Assembly: GCA_964036045.1 (NCBI GenBank)
Contig: OZ038379.1
Location: 39,246,001-39,310,000, forward strand
Length of the DNA stretch: 64,000 bases
From: Eutreptiella sp. 'Long Island Sound 2002'
Lineage: Eukaryota > Protista > Euglenida
Reading direction: 5' to 3'
Shown piece by piece: positions 27,293 through 38,400 of this stretch. The notes under the pieces were generated by a model. The model was not told where the DNA came from and did not search any database. It saw nothing but the letters and a program-made list of their open reading frames with translations. Both the position numbers and the translations under genes were made by a program. Each line of letters opens with the position of its first letter. Within the stretch, counting starts at the first letter, position 1.

Positions 27293-28079
27293 ACCCACCC
27301 GGAAACCCACGAGGAAAAGTCGTTGCGACTTTCACAAGCAAAATTCGAAAGTTTAATGGCGTTTTCCCTCGGAAAAGGTGTGGTGTTTTCCCTGGGAAAA
27401 GGTGTACCTAAAATGTACGTTGTAGGACGAGCACTGCCGTAGCATGTGTTGTGCCGCCTCGATACGTCGCGCGGCACACTGGGCGGGGGACAAGTACAAC
27501 AGCTAGTTTCTACCGCCTTCCCTGTCTCCGAATGGGATTTCGGGACATTGGAGCTCTGATTGGAACCTCCTACTCACCCACGCCACCACAGTGCGCCACC
27601 CTGACCACTTGTGTACACAGTAGGAGGATGTGTGTGTGTGTGTGTGTGATGATATTGTCTCGGTGACCAGTGCTCTGCCTTCGCTTGCTTTCGTCTTCAC
27701 TGACGTTGTGCCCCGCGTTTGGTCCCCATTGGTTTTCCCGCACGAAGTGTGTGTGTGTGTGTGTGTGCATGTGGGTACACCTGTCTCTAGAGATTTGCGC
27801 CGCGATACGAGTGGACATGTAAGTAGCATTGCAGGCAGTAAATCTCAAGCTCACAACCCTACGGTAATCAGGGGCAATCAGCTAGAGTTGCGGGATGTGA
27901 CCAGCAACGCCTTTGATAACTGTGCTTCCTCAAGTTGTACTCCTGTTGCAGAAAGGACCTTGCCTACTTTTTGTTTTCAATGGCCTGATGAGTATGTTTT
28001 TGGTGATTAGTGCCGTGCCCGCGTACTCTCGCCCACACGGACGGTGCGCTTCCGCGGTTTCGTCCTCTGATCCCCTTCA

Positions 28080-28083
<4 letters not shown>

Positions 28084-28140
<57 letters not shown>
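28084..28140. repeat. (TG)n microsatellite; shorter TG tracts at about 27629-27648 and 27747-27767
   Basis: Direct inspection. Confidence 0.97.
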
Positions 28141-28142
<2 letters not shown>

Positions 28143-28159
28143 AAGGGGGCCGGTGGGCG

Positions 28160-28930
28160 GGGGTGTCACCCAAGGGATTGGTGCACAACCTGCTTTTGCA
28201 GTTTTTCACCCTTGGGTAGCTCAAAAATGGAGGCTTTAGAAACTGATTTTTTTGATTTTGTGGCCACTCACGATGAGCATCCACACTATGTAAAGCATCT
28301 ATTAGGCAATATTTTTGTTGTTTTGTGGTAATATTCTTTTTTTACCCTAGTTGGCTATTCGGGGGGGTGTCTCCAAAAGGATTGGTTCACAACCTGCTAA
28401 TGCAGTTTTTCGCCTTGGGCAGCTCAAAAATCGAAATTTCAAAACTTAATTTTTTTATATATAGTGACTGCTCACAATGACCATCCGAGGTATGTCAAGC
28501 ATGTGTTAGGCAATTTTGATCTGTTTCTTACCCTATTTAGGGTATTGGGTGTTTTTCGGGGCAGGGATGTCTCCCAAGGGCTTGGTGCACGACCTGCTAA
28601 AGTAGTTTTTTTCCCTCGGCGTCTCAAAAATCGAAGTTTCTAACATTGCTTTTTCCATATTGTGGCCTCCAAATGACCATGCAAGCTATTTAAAGCATGT
28701 TTCAGGCAATATGTATTTTTTTATTAGTGCCTGGGGGGGGGGGGGGGGGCAGGGGTGTCTTCCAAGGGATTGGTGCACATCTTGCTTATGCAATGTTTTG
28801 GCCTTGGCAGCTCGGAAATTGAGCTTTTCGAAACTGTTTTTTTCATTTCCTCACGATTCACAATGGTCATCCAAGCATCTTTTAGGTTGTGTTTATGTCT
28901 CTTTTTTCGACCTAATTTCGTATTGGATGT
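28160..28930 (+). repeat. Four diverged ~200-bp tandem subrepeats related to the 3' end of family X
   Basis: Recurring ggattggtgcacaacctgct, ttgggcagctcaaaaat and aatgaccatcc...aagcatg near 28175, 28378, 28578 and 28767; the latter two motifs also occur at 21455-21550. Confidence 0.85.
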
Positions 28931-28989
28931 GGGGAAGGGGGCTTCATTTCTTGGGCTAGACTTCTTGAAATGTGGAATTGCGAAAGACA

Positions 28990-29937
28990 ATAGAACCACC
29001 TAGAGGTTGTTAGATGAAAGCCACGCATGCACACATATAGAGAAAAGCGCCATCCTTTTTTGAGCCCATTTGTGTACCCTACCTCAAGCGGTTGAATCAT
29101 TTGTTTCAAGCCTTGCAAATCATTATTTTGTCCTACAAACGCTTCCCCCAATTAGTTTTTGGTCCGGACCCCCCTCCCCCCCTTCACTTGAAACCCACTT
29201 TTTGATGAGGGGGACGGGGGGAGGCCAGGGGTGGGGTCAAGAATGTTGAAACAGTAACCCCCCCCCCTCTTTTTAGAGGGTCCAAACTCATGAATACTGT
29301 GGTATTTTTCGATTTCGAGCCGAAAAAGTGTTTTGTGGTCGAGACCCCATAGGGTTGTGTGGAGCAGAGTGGGACGAGCGCTTATGCGGTTTATGTAGCT
29401 TTTGGCCGTTTTTGGTATGTTGGCGTTTTTGGCGAGCTTAGTGATCCCATGGTACCCACTTTCAGGGGTACAAGTAGGCATGCAGTCACAGTACAGACCC
29501 ACTGGGATCCAAAACGACGTTGTTTTTCAACCTCTAGCCTTGCCTAGGGCTGGTTATGGTTTGTGTGAAAGACACGAAATGACCTCTCCATGAAAAATGG
29601 CTCGCAATTTTCATTTGTTTTTTCTATGTTGTTGGTTTTGGCTACCATACTAACCCCGTGGTACCCACTCTAAGTGGTGCAAATGGGGATTTTGTGACGG
29701 CATATGCCTACTAAGATACGAAAGGAATTTCTTTTGCGGTTTGCAGCCTTGCCTATTGCCAGTCATGGCCCATGTAAAAGACACAAAATCACTTTTTTCG
29801 CCAATGATGGCGTACATGTGTGCATGGGGTGGTACACAACATGCGAAAGCAATTTTCACCTTGGGCAGCTCAGAATTGGAAGTTTCCGAAACCTGTTTCT
29901 TTGCTGTCCTAACACCTCACAATGACCACCCAAGCCA
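28990..29937 (+). repeat. Dispersed non-coding repeat family X, copy B
   Basis: High-identity match to 20560-21540; the match ends at aatgaccacccaagcca. Confidence 0.9.
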
Positions 29938-30544
29938 CCGAGGAGGCACCTCGGTAGCATTTGTGGAAACCCCAAAACCAATCCACTTACACGGGTGTTT
30001 CACGGGTATCACGTATTGGTATGTGATGTATGGATACCCAGAGCACCGCAGGTATCTGACATGTGTTAATCAGGAACAACACAAGAGGTTTATATCACAG
30101 CCAGCAGTCACACAACACGTCCGCAAAGCAATCCCGGCCCCATGGGCCATCCACTTTAGTAAGGCACAAGAATCATGCATGCCCCGAAGTGTGCGGGGCT
30201 TGTTGTTGTGCATTTGTAGGGGAGGATAATATTTGCGGCAGTGTATTAATTTTCGCAGGTTAATATTAATGCCGGCGACTCATTAATTTTTAATATTTCA
30301 AAATTAGTTGGAAAAAATTAAAATCAAAAATTAAACCCGAGGACCGGTTTGAAGTTTTTTCGCAAGGAAACCGGTGACACCCCCGCCCCCCAAACCCCCG
30401 GGTGAAAATGACACCCGATCCGGTAAGGCACCCCATGGGGGTAGAGTTTTTCCCATCTAAACTCCTCAACCCCCCCCCCCCCCCAACGGTCAATTTTGGG
30501 TTAACGCATTAATTTGAGACCAAAAATTAAAAATATTGATTTTA

Positions 30545-31858
30545 ACATACGTCTCTAGGGCACGGTTGACCCCCCCGAGGATCACCTTTGCCTCCTCCTT
30601 GGAGGCCCCCCATTGGACGAGCCCCGTGTCGATGATCTCTTGAATCACCTAAATACGAGACATTGGGGGTGGTTCATTTCGTTCTAGTCTATTGTAGCCT
30701 AGCTTCTGGCGAGCGGTGTCCGAGGCTAACTAGAACAAAACTAGAACAAGTGAAAGGCACTAGGTGAGAGGAGTACCTCCCAATTGCTCTTCCACGGCGT
30801 CCCAAGAGTGTCCATGGCCTTGTCATCGCAATTGGCCATGCTCAACACCCAAAGGCCTGCGGGGGAGCGGGCCAAGCGGTCAACGTTGGCAAAGGTGATG
30901 GTGAGTTGGGTCCAATGGCCCCCGGCCACGGGGTAGGCACCCCCCCGGACGATGAATGTCAATGGGAAGGAGCGGTTGATTGACCGCACCAAGCGCGGCC
31001 GGGAGAGGATGTACTTGACCCATGAGGCGAAGGGCCATGAGATCCCGGTGGCCTTGGGCAACACCGTGGCAACGGGGGGATCCAATTGCACGGGGGCGAC
31101 CAACTCCTTCCAACGGGCTTGGAAGTCCCGCTCAGTGCAAATTGGACGGGAGTAGGGGCCACCGGGGACGGTGCGGTGGTACTCCAACTTACGGATCGTG
31201 TAGAGCTCCGAGAAGGTCCTCCACGAGGACTTGGGGGCCCTCATATTGAGCACAAGTTCACACATGGCGGTGGGGGGCAGTAGGGAGGCGGCGTATGCCT
31301 CAACGGCGGCCTTGCATGCCTCACCCGTGGTTTGGGTAGAAGTGGCGGTGTTCACATACTGGACGGCCAAGGCGCAATGCACTATGGGCAATGGCAAGCA
31401 TGCACGGCGGAACAATGAAGGAAATGGCACTTCTTGGTGGACATTGTACCGTTCTAGTATTGATGTAATCTAGGCTAGAACATCTAGACTAGAAGTTCTA
31501 GGCTAGAACGAAATTGGGTCTTCTAGCGTGTACCAAGGGATGTGGGCTCAATACCCACATTGCCCAGCTGCAGAGTAGCCTGGCCACATTCTACGTCTAC
31601 ACTGACGGTGTTGCGCTGCGCATGGCCAACAAACCTAGCCGGCACGTCTATGCGGTTGTGGGATAGTAATGGAAGCGCAGTCTCCATGACGTTTGTGTTG
31701 TTGAACAAGTTGACCAACGCTCCCAGCCCAACGCCGCTGACGGCGGCTGGTTTCTCCTTGGCGGCCATTGCACGTGCCCCAATGTTGATAAATTCCTTGA
31801 TTGCATGCGGCAGTGGCATTGCCGCTTCGTTGAACTTTGCATGTTGCTTTGCCATGCT
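30545..31858 (-). pseudogene. Intron-containing DDE transposase relic (CMC/Transib/RAG1-like catalytic N-half), three exons, 3'-truncated
   Basis: Exons at about 31856-31559, 31358-30777 and 30648-~30545 are joined by GT-AG introns 31558-31359 (200 nt) and 30776-30649 (128 nt), both phase 0. The spliced product reads QLGN|YVNT...TFIVRG(G)AYPVAGGHWTQLTITFAN...LWVLSMANCDDKAMDTL...NWE|VIQEIIDTGLVQWG and, after a frameshift, KVILGG. This is collinear with the transposase at 58700-60560. Confidence 0.6.
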
Positions 31859-32099
31859 AAAGCAGCATGTGTGCAAGCAACCAACCAAAATTTCAAAGCT
31901 TGAAACACTTGAAACTTTGCCATGCTAATGCAACATTTTTGGCAGCAATAAACCAAAATTTGAAAAATCTTGTTTGCCGTTTTTGCCATAGACCAATATA
32001 TAAACCAGATTCGCCGATTTAATGCTCGTCCCTTTTCGGGGAGAAGTTAGGTTAGGCAGATCTGGTTTGCGCACCGGCCAAAATAAAATTTTGTTGACT

Positions 32100-32213
32100 T
32101 CATAAGATAAATCCATACGTGGATTACGCTTACTGACGGCTGGTAAAGGATGCCGCTGAGGATTTCATAAGACAAATCCGGCTTGCGGATTCATCTTATG
32201 AAATCGGCCCATG
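32100..32213. other. Two related hairpins; candidate terminus of the spliced-transposase element
   Basis: 32161-32205 folds as gatttcataaga/tcttatgaaatc (12-bp stem) plus an inner aatccg/cggatt stem. A degenerate sister (cataagataaatcca-tacg-tggatt) lies at about 32101-32125. The minus strand from 32213 reads CATGGGCCGATTTCATAAGA. Confidence 0.55.
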
Positions 32214-33104
32214 AGATGCATCTAACCTTCATTTTTCAAGGTGACTCAAAACGGTGATAGTTCAAAAGGAGATGTTCAATCCTTGGTGTTTAACAAACAT
32301 ACCTCTTGTCAATGTGCCAATCCCGCACTGCCCTTATTGGCGTGCGAGGCTGTGACACTCACTGTGACACGGCCTCACTTTGGATCACCCTCACATTTGT
32401 GTCTCGTTTGGCTAGTATCATAGGCTCAAGTCCGTGAGCTTGTGGCCTGGCAGAGCAATAATAGTGATGAGTGATGACACATTGACAACAATATTTAACA
32501 AATCCATTATTCAAAACCACAAATCAATTCAGTCCTTTGAATTTTGGAGGAAGAACAGAAAACCCACTTGGCAGAACCCGACCGTAGGCTAGCGAGCAAG
32601 CGCAAAGTGGGAGGCTAAGGCCTGTTAGCTTTCAGGGGGGCCACTGAAACAACCGCCTAGGAGATCAGTACAACATTACCACCATCAGTGTCCTGACCCG
32701 GGCCTGATCGGATCCTGGTGCTTTAGTGCGCTTGCATGGTACATGCAGTCGATTGTGGTCGAGGGACTGTGTGGTCAGCACAAGGGCCTCCCAACGACTA
32801 AAAATCTCAAGACACCCCCCCCCCCCTCCCTCTAACCAACATTGCGCCCGCCCTGTGCAAGCTCGAAGGTCTGCACGCTTTCCGCCATGCCTCCCCGTGG
32901 TGGTGTGATCCCCCAACCTCAACTTGGCAAGGTTGTGTGGGCTAGGAAGTTGGGCATAGCCACATGCCCCATCCAAGAGCTCACCATCCACCTCGCTAGG
33001 CCCAGCCTCACAATGCAAATGCAGAGCAGCAACAAGCAGCAGAGCAGCAACAGAGTAGCGGCAGGCAACAGCAAGAAGGGAGAAACAACACGCTTGGACA
33101 TCCC

Positions 33105-33190
33105 TTGAGTGGGAATTGAACCCGTGAATGCCGAGGACAAAAATCTCCCATTTGGTGTTCGGCAACCAAACCGTGACTGGTGTAAACAAA
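33105..33190 (-). pseudogene. Weak tRNA-derived sequence (B-box gggttcaattccc)
   Basis: The minus strand reads cacggtttggttgccgaa...cacgggttcaattcccac. No full cloverleaf. Confidence 0.3.
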
Positions 33191-34283
33191 CTTCGAGGCC
33201 CGGCCATCCGCTGTGGTAGGGGGAGGATAAGGTGGTCTCTCCACTGATGTGGGTTTAGTTGAAGTTAAGAGGGTTTGGGGGATGGAGGGTATGGAATGAG
33301 CTGGCCAAGAGGTAGACAATTGCCATGTGTCCTCAGGTGGTGTTGTGCAACAATTTGCGTAGATGTTGAGTCTGTAAGTGGAGCAAATGAAGTTGCTCCA
33401 GCCGCAATGTGGTTGCATGAGGACCAAGGGGTGCTCAAGAAGGCCAAGGAGGGAATGCCTACCCCACTGCTAGAGCCAGAGGAGCATATGACAAATAATA
33501 ATATGACATATTACATGCTTCCACATTTAATGCGACTTAGAATGTGTGTAAGGCAGTTCACAATGGACACAGATGGGGGGACAACAAAGAACATTTCAAG
33601 CTCCTCACCATGCCATGGTTTCATAGTTTTATGTTGCCAGGACGTAGGATCTTTCTTTCTAGACCTGTGAATGGTCCCTGCCCGCCCCTGCATGGGAGGA
33701 CTCCAAGCTTCTTGTGAAGTGGCACGAGCAGATGGCAGATCACCATGGGGCTGGTTCTGTCCACTCCAACCAACCAGTCTGGGAGAGTGTTTTGCGCAAT
33801 TGTATCACCAATTTCTCATTTGTGGCACCTGTGGCAAGCCTGTGGTGCGCTCGTGGCATAAAGGAAGCACCCTTACTACGCTACAGTTGCTACAGTTAAG
33901 ATATACCACCTCACTTGATTGAGCTGGATGGCAGGGGGCCAAGGGGTGCAGAGCGGAAGAAATTTGGGGGTAACCACAGGTGAGTAGATGGGCAATGAAT
34001 GGGGTTTGCAGGGAGGGAGAAGAATTATCCACAGGTCCCTGAAGCAGAAGATAAAAAAGGAGGAGGAATCCCGTGTCCTTTCTGATTCCTTCACGGTGTT
34101 CCCAAGTCAACCCTCCCTTCGCCCCTTGCCCCCCCATTTGCTTCATTCCTCCTGACATTCACAATTTTCTACCGTTCCCCCAAATTTCGAAAGTCAGACA
34201 TGCGGACTCAGCGAGTTGTGGAGACCAGGGATATTTGAATACGGTTGAGCAATCCACACAAGTTTGACACATTGCTTGTGCAG

Positions 34284-34411
34284 GCCGGTCCGTTACAAAC
34301 GATGACGGTGTTGATCGGTGGATAAAGCGGCATTTGGATTGGGATTGCAAGGAGTGTCTGACCCACAATGTGGCCAACAACGCAGAGTGCAAAAACTGTT
34401 GCTCCGACCGG
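34284..34411 (+). CDS. Candidate exon encoding a RanBP2-type zinc finger
   Basis: WDCKECLTHNVANNAECKNC matches W-x-C-x2-C-x3-N-x6-C-x2-C exactly. It is flanked by ttgtgcag| and |gtgtgt. Confidence 0.6.
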
Positions 34412-34914
34412 GTGTGTGCTTATCTGTGATGTCAGCCAAGGGTTGGGTTCCCAGTCATTAGGGTATGCATTGCACAAGTGTCGCTCCTGGGAGGATGAAG
34501 CCGGCTCCTGCTGCCTCAGCTCTGCCCTGTTGGAGTGATGTGGTGGTTTTTGTTTGTTGGAGGCATGAAGTCTCTGCTACTGAGCGCCACTGATGGATTC
34601 GCTACGTGTTTGGTTGCCATTGGTATCGGTTGCCATCAGTGCAGCCAATAATGCATCCATCAGTGTATTCATCAATGCATTCAGCAGGCCTTCACACCCA
34701 TGCTAAAACGCTTGTCAGTAGGCATTCTTTGACTCAGAGCAGTGACAAAGCCTTCTTGCAAGCTTGTTGGAAATTCTAGCAGAACAATAGAGCCCGCTAA
34801 GGAGGTGATCACCTATCACAACCTGTTGTCTCGTTGTAGGAATAATGGTTTTTCCGCAGCCGAGAGAAATTTTGGTCAAAATTCCCGCAACAAGGGACAT
34901 CACCTCAAAGAGAG

Positions 34915-35440
34915 CTTGTTAGACGAAGCGTAGGTGTGGGCACCATATACTTCCCTTTTCTGGGGGTCATTCACGTAGCATATCCCAGTGGGTGACATCG
35001 GATATCTAATCCTTTGCAAAATCATCATTTTCGGAGACAAATTATCCCCCAACGAATTTTTGAATTCTACCCCCCCCCCCTTATGGGCTCTTGCCAGTGA
35101 GGATTTAGCCATTTTCGCGATAGCATGCGTTGGTTGAAAAGCACCTCACAAGGGTTGTTAGATCAAAGCAAAGTAGGCTTGCATATGGTGGAAAACACTG
35201 CATAACCCCCCTTTTTGAGCCTATTTACGTACCCTACCTCAAGGGTTTGAATTGTTGGTTTAACCCCTTGTAAAATCTTTTTTTTCAAAAAAAAACACCC
35301 CCCAATGAGTTTTTGGTTGGGACCCCCCCTTTAGCCCCCCCCCCCCCCCGCCACTTGAACCCCATTTTTTTTGAGGGGGGGTTGGGGGGGGAGACAGCAA
35401 GAAGCAGAAAAATGACCCCACCCTTTTTGGGTCAAAGATA
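34915..35440 (+). repeat. Diverged fragments of family X or its upstream flank
   Basis: aaaatcatcattttcggagacaaaatt resembles 20251-20290. ttttgagcctatttacgtaccctacctcaag resembles 20641-20672. Confidence 0.7.
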
Positions 35441-35499
35441 GTCGGCACGAAGTCGCCCCCCCCCCCCCCGTACCCCCCCCCCCCCAGCCCCACCGGCCG

Positions 35500-38400
35500 G
35501 TCATGCTGGAGCCCTACGTCCGGCGTTTGGAGACCGGCGTCGTGCAAGAGCGCCGTGCCAACCGCCAAGAGCTCCGGCGCGCGATGCCCCCTGAGCACTT
35601 TGCGTGCTGCCGGCGGCTATCCGGCCAGACGGGGGCCTTGGCCTGGTGCTAGCAGGCTGGGCGATCTAGCATGGGGCGGTTTGGTCGAAGGGCTGGGACG
35701 AGGCGAACGCCTTTTGCCACCCAGACTGCGAGGCGCCCAGGGCATGGGACCACAAAGCCCCCGAGGAGTCGCCGTCGCCTTGCCTTCGGCGCTTCTACAA
35801 TGGGCTGGAGGTCTGGCTCGCCTCCCGGTACGGCCTGGCCAACCCGTACAAGCTGGCCATGGCGGGGCCGAGGGCGACAGCCAAGGGGTGGAGTACTTCT
35901 CGAAGGTCGCGGAGAAGCGGACGGAGTACTTCCGGCATGCTGTCCGAGAGCGACTACACCTACAGGACATGCGGCTGGGCGCCCCGGATCCAGCTGCCTA
36001 CGTTGTGCGGCACCCCGCCGCCCCGCATGGCTTCCTCCCCGAGGACACCTTTAATGACGACCGCTGCCACTTCTCCCTGACAGGTTGGGGCCGGGCCTAG
36101 CTCATGGGCCCTCTGCGTGGTGACATGCGCGGCCGCCTGCGCCCCGGCGCAGGTGGGCAAGCTGTACCACCTCGGCGAAGGACGAGCATGAACGCTGGCC
36201 GAAGGCGGTAGAGCGTGTGCCCTATCTTCGCCAGATTGGCCTCCGCCTTGGCTATCTGCGGGCCCGGCTGCTCGCCCATCACCCGTGGCACCCCGACACC
36301 CATGCTGCCCTCGGTCTGCAATAGCAGTAGGCCCAAGGGCGCGCGCAGGGTGCTGCCCGCGTACCGCAGCCGGCGGTTGCACAAGACATCCTCGCCTACG
36401 TGGTCTGGATACTGGACTTTGTTTACGAGGCCATGCCGCCATGGCTCACACGCCCCCGCTACGTGCAACGGGTGGTCCCGCCATGGCCCACACGCCCCCG
36501 CTACGTGCAACAGGTGGTCGACTGGGTCCCGACCTGGGCGCTGCGGGTGCCGCGGAACGTGCCCCGGGCCTTGCTGTGGATGCCAGTCAGCGGCGGGTGC
36601 TCCGGCTTCCCCCACCTATGCAGCCGAATGCGGCTCCGGCATGTGCACGGGTACCTCCAGGCCATGGACTGTCGTAGCGTGCTCGTTGGTGAGAACGTCT
36701 GTGCCCTCCGCCACTCCGGCCCCGACCAGGAGCTTCTCGTCCACTCCATGGCAGAAGTCCAGCTGAACCTGCACTTTCTCCCCGTCGGGGAAACAAAGCA
36801 AGCGGCTCTGGACATCGGGTGCACCTGACATCTCGGGAGGGTCCTTACGGCCGCGGACGGGGCGTTGGAAGTCACCCCTGACGGCGAAACCCTAGGCCGG
36901 GGCCCGCTGGTAGCCCACTGCGGGGGGGTCCTCGCGTTAGCTCGGTTGGGGATCCAGTCACAGGTGGCCAGCCTGTGGGCAGGTTATTGGGCCAACAAGC
37001 TGGAGGCGCGGCGCCTGGCTGTGTCAGGGGGCGTTGCCACGAGGCTTCAATACTGGCGGTCGAGGGTCTACGCATGGCGCCAGAGGGCAAGTACCCGTTC
37101 CCCGGTACACTGGACGGGGTGGCCAAACTCTTGTCCTCAAGCAGCCTGGTGACGGCGGTCCCAAGGGAGCCGCACCGCTTCTATGCCCAGTTGGCGTTGC
37201 CGTCGGTGACCTTAATCCGCGGCCCGCCGGGCGATGAGGCCGTGCAGGCGTGGGCCTAGCTGCTGACTGACAGCAACGTGCCTTCCAAAGGCCTCCGGTT
37301 GGCGTGGATGGCGTGGATGCGCATGGCACCCTCGACCCGCACCTCCGAGCACGCGGAGTTCCACTACGGCGTGTTGCTCGCAGCCGTGCCGTGGATGCGG
37401 CGACCATATGGTCCGCGCCTGCCTGGTGGTTCTGGCAGCGGCTCTGGTTGGCTTCCGGGCTGTGTTCCGCCGACTAGGGTTCTAGGGGTGTGCCGTGTGG
37501 TGGCGCGAAACCCTGGGGGCCGCGATCGTGCGGGCCGCACCACGGTCCGGCGACTGGCACACAACGAGGACGTGATTGTGCAGGCGAAGGGTGCCACCTG
37601 GGATGTAGCGGTCGCGTGGTCCCGGCTTGTTTGGGCCACGGACCCGCAACCCCCACCGGCCCCCGAGCGGAAAGCTCCAATGGAGGAGTACGTGCTAGAG
37701 GTGGCCGATTAGGTGCTGCTCCCGCAGGGAGCGTCTTGATCGCGCCTGATGCGCCTTGGCAAGGAGGAGTGGCCCTTGGGCCGATCGCACCTGCTCGCGG
37801 CCGCCGGCACCATGACGCGCTATGCCATGGGCAAGGCTGAGTACACAGTGGCTAGGCTTTGCCCGGAACTGTGCTCCCATGCCCCGGACTGGGATCACCG
37901 GTGTCACACGCAGCTCAGGTGCAACACAACGGCGGGCCCTCTCAGCACGGAGGCCTTAGCGGGCCATGGCCCTGCCCCCTAGGGCCCGGAGGGGCGTCAA
38001 CCATGCCCGAGCTCCCCCCCCCCCCCCCCTTGACCTTAGCACTGTGCAAGGCTGGCATGATGGGTCCCCCGGAGGCCAAGGGCCCTGCCGCACAGGGACG
38101 GCTGAACCACAACAACCTGCGAACGTAGCGGTCGATGGCCGCCGACCCGCACCACAAGAAAAAATATCCCCACCAACTTCACCCGTGCACGCCGTGCTCA
38201 CATTTCCTGCTCCGTGCAACCCGCAGTGCGGACACACCTTGTAGCCTTAGGTGAGATCCAACGGTGGGGGACGCAGCGGACCTGGAGGGCGCCGACGGGC
38301 GAGCAATCGCCGATCAAGAGAGTGGGCGATGGTGGGCTGGCCGGGCGGGGACACGGGTTAGCTGCGGGGAGCAACGGCGGTGGGCCCCAGCCACTACCAA

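Noticed and set aside
21458-28331. ORFs with CVCVCV or THTHTH runs
   Set aside because: They are translations of (TG)n microsatellites.
31530-31565. tRNA T-arm-like hairpin atgtggg-ctcaata-cccacat
   Set aside because: No D arm or acceptor stem; it overlaps the intron donor site.
30557-38020. TIR pair gggcacggttgac (30557) and gtcaaccatgccc (about 38006)
   Set aside because: The left copy is coding sequence of transposase exon 3 (GGVNRAL), the right copy is inside LINE relic 1, and there is no TSD.
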